From assembly GCF_009834535.1 (NCBI RefSeq), contig NC_045697.1, positions 59,336,001 to 59,400,000 on the forward strand: a DNA stretch of 64,000 nt. Direction: 5' to 3'. The position numbers were made by a program, and so were the translations under genes. The stretch comes from Camelus ferus (taxonomy: Eukaryota). This document shows, piece by piece, positions 54,380 to 64,000 of this stretch. Below the pieces are notes generated by a model. That model worked only from the letters and a program-made list of their open reading frames with translations. It searched no databases and was not told the origin of the DNA. Position 1 is the first letter of the stretch. Every line of letters begins with the position of its first letter.

Positions 54380-54600
54380 GTCTAGACAATGTTCTAATTG
54401 CTTTACAAATGTTAACTCATTTGTTATCTAAATAATTCTATGAAGTAATGACCATTATTATTCTCACTTTAAAACTGAAGAAACTGATACAGAGAAAAAT
54501 CAACTATCAAGTAATTTGCTCAAAGTCACTGGATAGGTAGGGGACCTGGAATTTGAACAAAGGCAATCTAATTTCAGAATCTATGCTCTTAACCCTTAGA
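54380..54600 (-). mobile_element. MIR SINE
   Basis: 'ctgaagaaactgatacagaga...aagtaatttgctcaaagtcac...ggaatttgaac...tgctcttaacc'. Confidence 0.8.
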
Positions 54601-54652
54601 GTATGATACATATGAAGTGATTCAGTATTGAGTCATCAGACATAGATAAATA

Positions 54653-54712
54653 TATTAGATTGAACTATATTTTGACCCTTAAAATGTCAATTTTATGTGT
54701 CAACCAGTAATA
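54653..54712. mobile_element. MADE2-like mariner MITE, decayed
   Basis: 'tattagattgaactatat...ttttgacccttaaaatgtcaattttatgtgtcaaccagtaata': quasi-palindromic, TA-flanked. Confidence 0.65.
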
Positions 54713-57175
54713 GTTGAAGGTATAATTTGACCAAGGAAAAGAGTAAGTAGCTTTATTTTTTGTGGATGAGAAGTCACAATATGAAGAGAATAGACAAGTT
54801 ATAAAATAGTATATTCTCTAATGCTCCCATGACAGCTGTGTCTTCAAAAAGTAATCGAAAGAGTAATTCTTTAGTGCCTCAACTTTCTAATCAATTTGAC
54901 AATCCTGCAATGGGCAACAAGAGGAGACAGCAAGGATACTATAGTGCATATGTAAATAGAGCTGCAGCAATTCAGTTTAGTGAAGAGTCAAAAAGACTGC
55001 TTTGCAATTAGACAGATCCATGATCAGCCAGTCTGGGGGCTGATTGATCAACTAACAGCAAATCCCTAAACAAGTTATTTCCTTGGTGAGGACTCTTATT
55101 TCAGCAGGAGATAGAACAACAGCACAAAAAGCGTTCTGCTGTGAACTTTGTAGGCTGACAACAGTCTTTTGCATTGCTTAAATTTTGACACAAGACATAC
55201 ATATTTTTTAAGATGCTAGGCGCTGAGTTCGTGCTCTCCACCTCCTCCCCCAACACCCCTCCCCTTCCCTGCAGATAAATAACTTATCTTGGAAATATAT
55301 CCTAGTGGAGAAAAAGGTTCAGTGCCTGCACTTCTAGAATCACCTGCTGCCTTTTAAATTCTTTTGTTAACAGTGTAACTTGGGACAGAACTATTTCTCT
55401 ATGTGTTAGTGTTCTCAATTAAATTTATTTTACCTAATTTTTCAATTACCATATAATTGGTAGTTGATCAAGTGATTAGGTGATGTGTCTTTTGCTAATT
55501 AATAGGGGACGCCAAGACAATCTAGACAGATCATCTGCCTCTATGTTTCAGAAAAAAATTTCAAAAAGTCTATGAAATAACAAATGAGGATTTTGGGGGA
55601 AATGTACAATGTAAATATCACAGTATTTCGGAACAGAAATACTGAGCACCCACTCTGGGTATGTCTCTAGGTCTTGTCTTGGCTTTGAAGTGACAGTCAT
55701 CACAAACTTCTCTTTCTTATTGTGGCATCCAGTATTTTCTTGTGGACCCAACACTATTAGCCAAGGTTCTCAGGGGTGGTACTTCTATGGAACAACAGGC
55801 GTAGGTGGGATTTAGAATTAGTTACAGAGCATACATAATTAATGCTCACTTTGATGATAATAAATTAAGAAAATGGATTTTGCATAGGAAATTTAAAGCA
55901 AACTTCACCAGTGTGATGAGAAGGATGAATTAGGCAAAATGTATAGATTATATACTCACATTACATTAATATTATATAGAATAAGTGCCTAAACATGTAC
56001 TCTATTAATAGATCTCTAGATTAAAATGTATCCATATATTTTCTTAGGTGTTAATTTAATTATAACCAGGGTATTAAGACATATCATTACACAAGCTTAC
56101 ACTTGACTCAACATCTTTTTTTCTTATTAAAGAAAAGATTGAGGGGAACCAAAGAAAAAATTCAGACTCTCAAAGACAAGCAACGAAATTCAGCTTGTAC
56201 GTAGTGTGGAGGAAAACAATATCTGCCAAAGGCATACTGAGGAGTAAAGAATATTGACTCAGAAAATGAGTCCAGTGTTTAAGGAGCATGAAATGAAAAA
56301 CCATATCCAGTGTGCTGTTGTAATGTTTTAAAGCATTATGGGCTATGTGTTGGTGTTCTTGGTAACATCGAATCTGCCTTAGAAACTTATTTTGACATTG
56401 TCTTGTAATCAGGATGCATGTCAAAGAGTCTTTGCTGTCTCAAGTCCACCTGAATCATGCTTGGGAATAGCTGTCATTTCTTAGTATCCTCAATAGTCAT
56501 GTTTTATCAGACCTAAAGTATGGTCAAGTTTTTGCAGGATCTGTTAATAGGAGTTAAATAATAATAAATTTTACTCTCTAAAAAGCACAACATAGACTCG
56601 CTTGTGTAAAGTACAGTCATTACCACATATTTGATTGGAATATCTCAGTTGACTTTCTGAGAATTTAGGCTGCAATAAAAGTGAATTAGTGATGACATTA
56701 AATACCTTCCTAAGTGAAAAATAGTTCTGTAAAGTCTATTTTAAGAGTAAAAATTATTTATTCATTCATTAATCAACTTTATTTTTGGTAAACCTAACAG
56801 TAGCCAAGCACTGATTACCATTTGCCAGTTTCATTTTAAGAGAAGTGTGAATAAGAAATCTTGTAAGTTCATTCTGGGTATCTTTTACTGCATTTTAAAA
56901 AAATGGAGACTAACCAGCTCATTATAATGCCTCACCCAACATTGTGTAAGCCTAAAATCTTACTTTTCATTTTCTGAAAACAAAATTTATTTCAGCTTCA
57001 GTTTTATGAATTTATCTATAATAAGAATCAACCAACTAATTATAATACATGTGATTCAATTTAAAAGTTACTATCAAGCTTTTGTGGCATAATTCTATAA
57101 TGAAGCAAATTAATGTATTTTAAGCCAAATTTATTACTATTTGTTTATTCTAGAGATGATTCTAGTGATGGCTTT

Positions 57176-58046
57176 TTATTTTATTTTATTTTATTTTATT
57201 TTATTGAGTTATAGTCAGTTTACAATGTTGTGTCAATTTCCAGTGTAGAGCACAATTTTTCAGTTATACATGAACATACATATATTCATTGCCGCATACT
57301 TTTTCACTGTGAGCTACCACAAGATCTTGTATATATTTCCCTGTACTATACAGTATAATCTTGTTTATCTATTCTATATATACCTGTCAGTATCTACAAA
57401 TTTTGAACTCCCAGTCTGTCCCTTCCCACTCCCCTCCCCAGTGGCAACCACAAGTTTGTATTTTATGTCTATGAGTCTGTTTCAATTTTGTATTTATGTT
57501 CATTTGTCTTTTTCTTTTCTTTCTTTCTTTTTTTTTAGATTCCACACATGAGCGATCCCATATGGTATTTTTCTTTCTCTTTCTGGCTTACTTCACTTGC
57601 AATGACATTCTCCAGGGACATCCATGTTGCTGCAAATTGTCATTTTTATGGCTGCATAGTACTCCATTGTATAAATATACCACTCTTCTTTATCCAGTCA
57701 TCTGTCAATGGACGTTCAGGCTGTTTCTATGTCTTGGCTATTGTAAATAGTGCTGCTATGAACATTGGGATGCAGGTGTCCTTTTGAAGTAGGGTTCCTC
57801 TGGATATACGCCCAGGAGTGAGATTCCTGGGTCATATGGTAAGTCTATTCCTAGTCTTTTGAGGAGTCTCCATAGTGTTTTCCACAGTGGCTGTACCAAA
57901 TTGCATTCCCATGAGCAGTGTAGGAGGGTTCCCTTTTCTCCACAGCCTCTCCAGCATTTGTCATTTGTGGACTTTTGAGTGATGGCCATTCTGACTGGTG
58001 TGAGATGATACCTCATTGTAGTTTTGATTTGCATTTCTCTGATATG
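57176..58046 (-). mobile_element. 5'-truncated young L1 (871 bp)
   Basis: ORF2 C-terminus [19 protein letters not shown]...[15 protein letters not shown]; (TTTTA)n tail; TSD GTGATGGCTTT at 57165-57175 and 58047-58057. Confidence 0.95.
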
Positions 58047-58361
58047 GTGATGGCTTTCTAAACAGAAAAATATCAAGGAACAAAAATGCTTTATCTTTCA
58101 AAAAATATATATTATGATCCTTAGTCATATTTATATCTCCTAATAGCTTCTTAGATATATGTTTTATATGTAAAATATCTTAAACTTGGATTTAGTTAGA
58201 ATGAAATATATTTTAAATGGTGTTTTAATATATCACTTTAAATATATTTCTCACCACATATACGACCTCATGCGCAAACCTATGTACAAAATTTCTGTGC
58301 CTCAATTTTCTTGGTTAGAAGTGAAGGGTACACATTTTTTAAAGTATGAATCAATACTGGC

Positions 58362-58392
<31 letters not shown>

Positions 58393-58412
58393 ATATATAT
58401 TATATATATATA
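58362..58412. repeat. (TA)n/(TG)n microsatellite
   Basis: Direct reading. Confidence 0.9.
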
Positions 58413-59170
58413 TGGTTGTTTACTACTCAGTAAAAAGATTCATATTTTCAAAAATGCACTGATTATTATTACACATTTAGAAACCAAGCCATTGACCTTC
58501 TGACCAATTTTAAGTCTATGATACAGAATAACTTATATATAAATATTCTAAGTAACCAGTGGTATCTCACAAAGGGCTTAGTGAACCTCAGTTTTGCTTA
58601 TTGAGGTTTTATTGTCTGATTGTCTTTAATGAAAGAGAGCAGGTGCTCAGAAATAAATAAGATCTAGACAGCGTATACATTAGCATGAGTTGTCAGAGTT
58701 TTTGGCCTCTTGCACACTGTCTGGGAACTCTTCGACAACTTACGGCATATGGACCTGACATGTCAAAGGAGCATAATAACAATATACATGAAATATCTTT
58801 TAATTGGGCAAATATTAAAGCATACATAAGAAATACAATGGGACATGACTAATACTCTATCAAAAGAGTTCTTTTTGACTAACATTTCCTGAATTATTAA
58901 AACAAAATTCTGGCAGAAGAAAGACTTGACTCTGCACACTTTTAGCCAGAGTTTGACAGGTCAGTTTTTCCTTCAGTGTCTCTATCACGTTCTCTTTCCC
59001 TTTATTCTGATCTCTGATCACATTATTCCAGTGTGATCTCATCCAGTGCCACAAATTCAAATGTAATCTTCAGGCTGGTGATGCTCAAATTTATACCTTC
59101 AGGCCATATCATTCCACCACCCACTCTCTTACACATTTTTATTTTCTTCATAAAACTGACAAAATTAATA

Positions 59171-59515
59171 CAGGCACACCTTACATATATTGCAGGTTCA
59201 GTTCCAGACCAGAGCAATAAAGGGAATATTGCAATAAAGCGAGTCACACAATATTTTGGTTTCCCAGTGCATATAAAAGTTATGTTTGCACTATATTATA
59301 GTCTATTAAGTGTGCAATAACTGAAGAAACAAAGTATATGCCTTAATTAAAAATATTTTATCTCTAAAAAAATGCTAACCATCAGTGAGCAAATGATGGA
59401 AAAATGGCACTGATAGACTTGCTCAATGCAGGGCTGCTGCAGCCTTCAGTTTGTTAAAAAATGCAGTATCTGTTCTGTGCAAAAGAACAAAGCACAATAA
59501 ATCAATGTATACCTA
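59171..59515 (-). mobile_element. Internally deleted Tigger1 derivative (~345 bp)
   Basis: Both Tigger1 ends: 'caggcacaccttacatatattgcaggttcagttccagacc...gcaataaagcgagtcaca' and 'aaaatggcactgatagacttgctcaatgcaggg...aatgcagtatctg'; TA flanks. Confidence 0.9.
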
Positions 59516-59619
59516 TAGTTAGTTCATTGTTTGTATGTATTTGTTTTTGTTTTGATCTTCCTCACTGTAATATAAACACATTTGAGCTTATTTGGTTCAT
59601 TATGCACAATCAATAATTA

Positions 59620-60500
59620 TAGGCACTTTAGAGTTAACATGTCCAAAACTCTTATGTTTCTCTCATATGCCTCTCCTATTCCTGAATCCTCCTCTGACTA
59701 AGTATTCTCTATGTGAATATATGGTACCAGCAAGTACGTGATTACATTAGTTACAAATGTAGGTCCTCACGTTTCTCTCTCCTCCAACATTCCAGTCCAT
59801 CTACAAGTCCCATCAATTTCATCTTCAAGATATTTCCTTTAGAGCACTTGTTTCCTTATTGTAGACAACTATCACCTCTCGCCTAGTTTATGTGAGTTTC
59901 TAACTTGCCTCTTTTTCCTCTGCACTTACTAAAATTCATCAGTACAATATCAAGAGCAATTTTATTAAACATAAATCCAATCATGTCATTCCATGCTCAA
60001 AAACTTCAATGGTTCTGCACTATATTAAGAATTAAAATATTCCAACATAATGGTGATTACCTACCAAAATCCTGCTTGATTTGTGAGCCCTCATTCTCTT
60101 TGTAAAGTCATCCCTTGCCGTTTCTCTCTCTCTTGCTGACCATGTTCAGTCATGCTACACTTCTCTCTGTCCCTGCAGCAAACCACTCTTTATTCTGCCT
60201 TAAGCTATTTGCATGCATTTTTCCTGCTTTCTGGATGTTTTTTTCTCCTGTCTTCAAATGGTGAGTTCTCTTTTATCCTTAGTGTCCTGATTTAATGTTA
60301 ATACTTCAGAGAGATCTTTGTTGATCTTTTTCCTTTGATTAAACACCCACACCCCATATATTCCTGCTTGTTTCATTTTGAAAACTTATAAAATTAAAAA
60401 AAATAGTAATCATAGTAATAATTTTTGTCTACTTGTTTTTGTCTATCTTCCTCACTGAACCATGTTGATGTAATTTGCTTGACTCATAGTTAACAATCAA
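59620..60500 (+). mobile_element. L2 3' region
   Basis: 'aggcactttagagttaacatgtccaaaact', 'atcatgtcattccatgctcaaaaacttcaatggttct', 'cttcagagagatcttt'. Confidence 0.75.
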
Positions 60501-60663
60501 AATTATTACTGAATTCCTGAATTCCTCTGTCTTGTGATGTGTCCTAAACAAAAAACACACCAGAGAATCCTCCATAGATTTAGTAAATAGCAAGCCATAA
60601 TTAAAAAGGACTTTTGGATAGCCCAATTAAATTATAGCCCTACTATTTAGATGTCACATATTC

Positions 60664-60817
60664 CTTATTTTTTTTTTTTTATTTTTTTTTCTGGTAGGGG
60701 AAGTAATTAGGTTTATTTAATTATTTTTTTAATGGAGGTACTGGGGATTGAACCCATGACCCCGTGCATGCTAAGCTAAGCACATGCTCTACCACTTGAG
60801 CTATATACCCTCCCCCA
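60664..60817 (-). mobile_element. tRNA-derived SINE (camelid Vic-1-like)
   Basis: Sense GGGGGAGGGTATATAGCTCAAGTGGTAGAGCATGTGCTTAGC...GGGTTCAATCCCCAGTACCTCC with A box, B box and A-tail; perfect TSD AGATGTCACATATTC at 60649-60663 and 60818-60832. Confidence 0.92.
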
Positions 60818-60854
60818 AGATGTCACATATTCTAATAATAGCATAAGTCAAAAT

Positions 60855-61330
60855 TACTTCAATTGCAAGCAAAATTAATCTAATTCTAATTAGTGAAAAA
60901 CATGACATTAATTGTTTCATATGATGAGACAAGCCAGGGATTCATTTGAGTCTGGTATGCCTGGATCCAGGGGCTCAAACAATGTTCATGAGTGTTCCAT
61001 TTTCCTTTTCACCTGCTGGACATTACTGGTTTCCATTATGGGATAAAATTCTCGTATTTCCCAAGACTTACACCTGCCAGCCTGGTAATCCCATGAGAAA
61101 TAAAATATTACCTTGACTATCTCAGGTAGGTTTGCCAAAGGAGGGTTTTGATGGGCCTGCACTAGTTATTGTCCATTTTGAATAGATAACCTTCCCAAGG
61201 GGTACTCCTGTTCCCTGGGCCTTAGGGCGTGTTCTCATTGTAAGGGCAAACTACACAAAATTGATTGACTATAGGGAAAAGGGATGCTATTAGATGAAAA
61301 ACAAAAGTATGCTAGGAAAAATAAAAGTAA
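60855..61330 (-). mobile_element. Old MaLR LTR (MLT1J/K-like)
   Basis: 'caattgcaagcaaaatt...ctggatccaggggctcaaacaatgt...gggatgctattag'. Confidence 0.6.
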
Positions 61331-64000
61331 ATCATATTTCTTCTACCCACTTCTTGCCAAAAACCATGGCTAAGTTTCTTTTTTATTAAGGTTTGCTAAG
61401 TGAATAATTTAATTCTTTAACAGCTTTGATAAATGCCTTCTAATAAATAACTTTTTGTTATCCCCCTCATATACGTTTCATCTAGAATGTTTAAGTCATA
61501 CAGGCAATGGCTACTCTGTTGACAAAGAATTAACCTCCTTAGTGTTTTATATATGAGACAAAAATAAAAATGTTCAAACAGAAATTTATTATTTAAAGCA
61601 ATGCATATGGTTGGTCTGTGATACTCCTGGAATATCTTCCTACCCAAGGACACAAGGCAAAAATTAAAATTTAACCTTTTAAAAGTCCTTTTGAAGATGA
61701 AAAAAATTTAATATGTACATCAGCATGATTGGAGTAGAATCATTACATCTATTAGTCACAATGCTACATTGACTAATGATAAACTAGATTTCCCAGGAAT
61801 TCATAGATATTAATATGTAGTTATAAAAAATGTGTAGCAATGATTAAGAGTCTAATAAGATGAAAAAAATTACAATTTTTTTCTATTGTGGTTAGTTGTG
61901 TTTTAAAAAAGCATCAAAGAAATGACAGTTATAAAGAATAGAAAAATATATTTTCACCATTGTAGTCCTTCTAGTTGAGAATATGTTAAAGCAGATCTTG
62001 CCTAGGGCTCTAACATCCACCCCTAACAGAATAATACATTCAAAAACTTTTGTATGGTTTTTTTTTTTTTGATATTTAAAAGTGGCCTCTTTTAAATTTT
62101 GTTTCTATGTAGATATTATTTACAGTTTGTGGGACACAATGAATTCAGTATATAAATCAGACTCCAAGAACACAAATCTTGTTGGCTGCCATGTTAGTAA
62201 ATCAGCTCACCTAAATAATCCTGAAACTTTGACAATGATTCAGGCTGTGGGCTTGAAAATTTAGCTATTGCCTCACTGTGAACTTGATCTTCTGACGTTT
62301 TAATGGATTGAGGTCCTATTTCTTATGGTTCAGTTTATACATGTACATAAACTATTCTGAGCACATCCGAGTTGAGAGCTAAGAGCTGGTGTTCAGGTTT
62401 GGAGTCAAACTGTCTATCCTTTGAACTAAGTAGGGAGGGATAAAGTGGACATCTAAAGTGTTTTCATTAAAAGTGTACTTACTGCACTAAATAATATCAT
62501 ATATACATTACAACAAAACAAAACAAAGTAACACTAAAACAATGGATACCTCGGAGATGCTGATATATATCCAGGAATTTCCCCATCTCTTCAAGTCGAC
62601 TAACTTTATTATTAATTTATTGTATATGCATTGTGCACATGCATGTGTGTATATGTGTGTGTATTAAAACAAAATGAATGTTGTTACTTCAAAGCATAAA
62701 AGCAGCTTCCAAGAACATGGAATCTAATGTTTGAAGCACTTTAATTCTGCTTTCTTCCTTGTGTTTGGAATTGTTCGGCAATAGATTGTATTCTGTGCTG
62801 CTTCAGTTATTAGTCTTTTCAGATCTGACTGCACTTAATTACTAAAGACGTGATCTGCTAAAAGCTACATCTGGAAACAATGTCACTCTTGTGTTTGGGG
62901 TTTGAAAGTTGGACTTAGGTAAAATGAATACTAACCACAAAGCTTTGAGAAAAAATTAGTATCGCCATACACTTTCTGTGACTTTAGCTTAAAACAAATT
63001 GTGGATGCTTTTTATGTATTGAATATTTATTTTGTGAACTGCTTAGGTGTGTCTCTACCTTTATTTTATCCTTATCTAAGTAACTGACCATAGTTTATCA
63101 GATAATTGCCCCTCTGGTATTAAGAGCAGAACTAGTCTTTTCTGTTCATCAATTTTATATGATGAGCATAGTATGCAAAATATGAATTTAGCCTTTAGAA
63201 TGTCAAAGGAAATAAAGGGTGTTCCCATTCAAGAACAATTTTAATTTTAGAAATAGTACAGGATTTATTTAGAATCTGTCTTATAGAATTAAACTACATG
63301 CTTCTCTTCAGCCCATTTGGACTCTTCCCAGAATAGCTGGTCAACATAGCTCATAACACATGAGCCCACCAGTTGAGCAGGTTGTGTATTTTAAACCATA
63401 GATTTACTTCACACTACAAAGATACCTGGGCTTTAATAAATGCCTATGGTAACATTTTTGTCTTGTTTACTTGGGGGGCAGTGAATCAATCCAAAAGTAG
63501 CAGTGATGTAAAATTGGTAGTATATTTAGTTAAATATGTATTTTTATAAATTAAAGGTAATCTAGCTACTATTGAACAAGGATAAAATTTGAAGCAAAAA
63601 CAAGATAATTTCTATTGCCTTTTTTTCCCTGGCTAATAGTATTATTTCTGATGTGATTAATTTTCAATAACATAGTAAGAGACATGATTGTGTTTTTCTC
63701 TTCCCTATGATATCAAATATTTTGCTTATGGCATAAAATCTAGTCTTAGCAGAAATCCCTGGTTCTTTTATTTATTTCCCTAAGTGGTAAGTAATTTGAC
63801 AAGGCCAGCCTTACATCACATCATATTAAATTGATTGAGGCCAGAAAACATGAGAATAAGATATTAACCGAATTCATTTCCGATATGTGATTTATAAGCT
63901 AGAGTTAAACTTGCTGATTAAAAGACAATGTAAAATCAGAGAAATCTGAATGACATCATTCACTGATAGAGATATAACTTTCTCAGCCATTTATATTCCC

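Noticed and set aside
60735..60816. Apparent tRNA gene
   Set aside because: It is a SINE head with an A-tail and TSD, not a complete cloverleaf.
62823..62918. Exon-like segment between ttttcag and AG|gtaaaa
   Set aside because: Stops in all three frames and no supporting evidence.
1..64000. Prokaryotic-type systems (operons, CRISPR, defence islands)
   Set aside because: The sequence is mammalian repeat-rich DNA with no dense ORFs or repeat-spacer arrays.

Overview
AT-rich mammalian genomic DNA, not prokaryotic. It is most likely camelid, inferred from a Vic-1-like tRNA-derived SINE at 60664-60817 and the young L1 3' ends. I cannot support any intact protein-coding gene; the window looks intronic or intergenic and is dominated by interspersed repeats (L1, L2, MIR, CR1/L3, MaLR/ERVL LTRs, Tigger/mariner MITEs). 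Best-supported notable items: (1) a 3.0-kb L1 with both ends, ORF1 and a perfect 15-bp TSD but almost all of ORF2 missing (half-L1-like), with the junction at an AG; (2) a tail-less tRNA-Lys(CTT) 5'-half retrocopy with a 16-bp TSD and 7 extra 5' nt that may be a pre-tRNA leader; (3) a ~2-kb decayed RTE-clade LINE ORF fossil that the ORF track does not reveal; (4) a ~238-bp unique segment copied 1.28 kb downstream into an MLT1 LTR; (5) a pre-miRNA-sized G.U-rich hairpin. There are also some weak candidate exons and enhancer-like islands. Repeat family names come from my recall of consensus sequences, not from a database search, and boundaries of old repeats are approximate.
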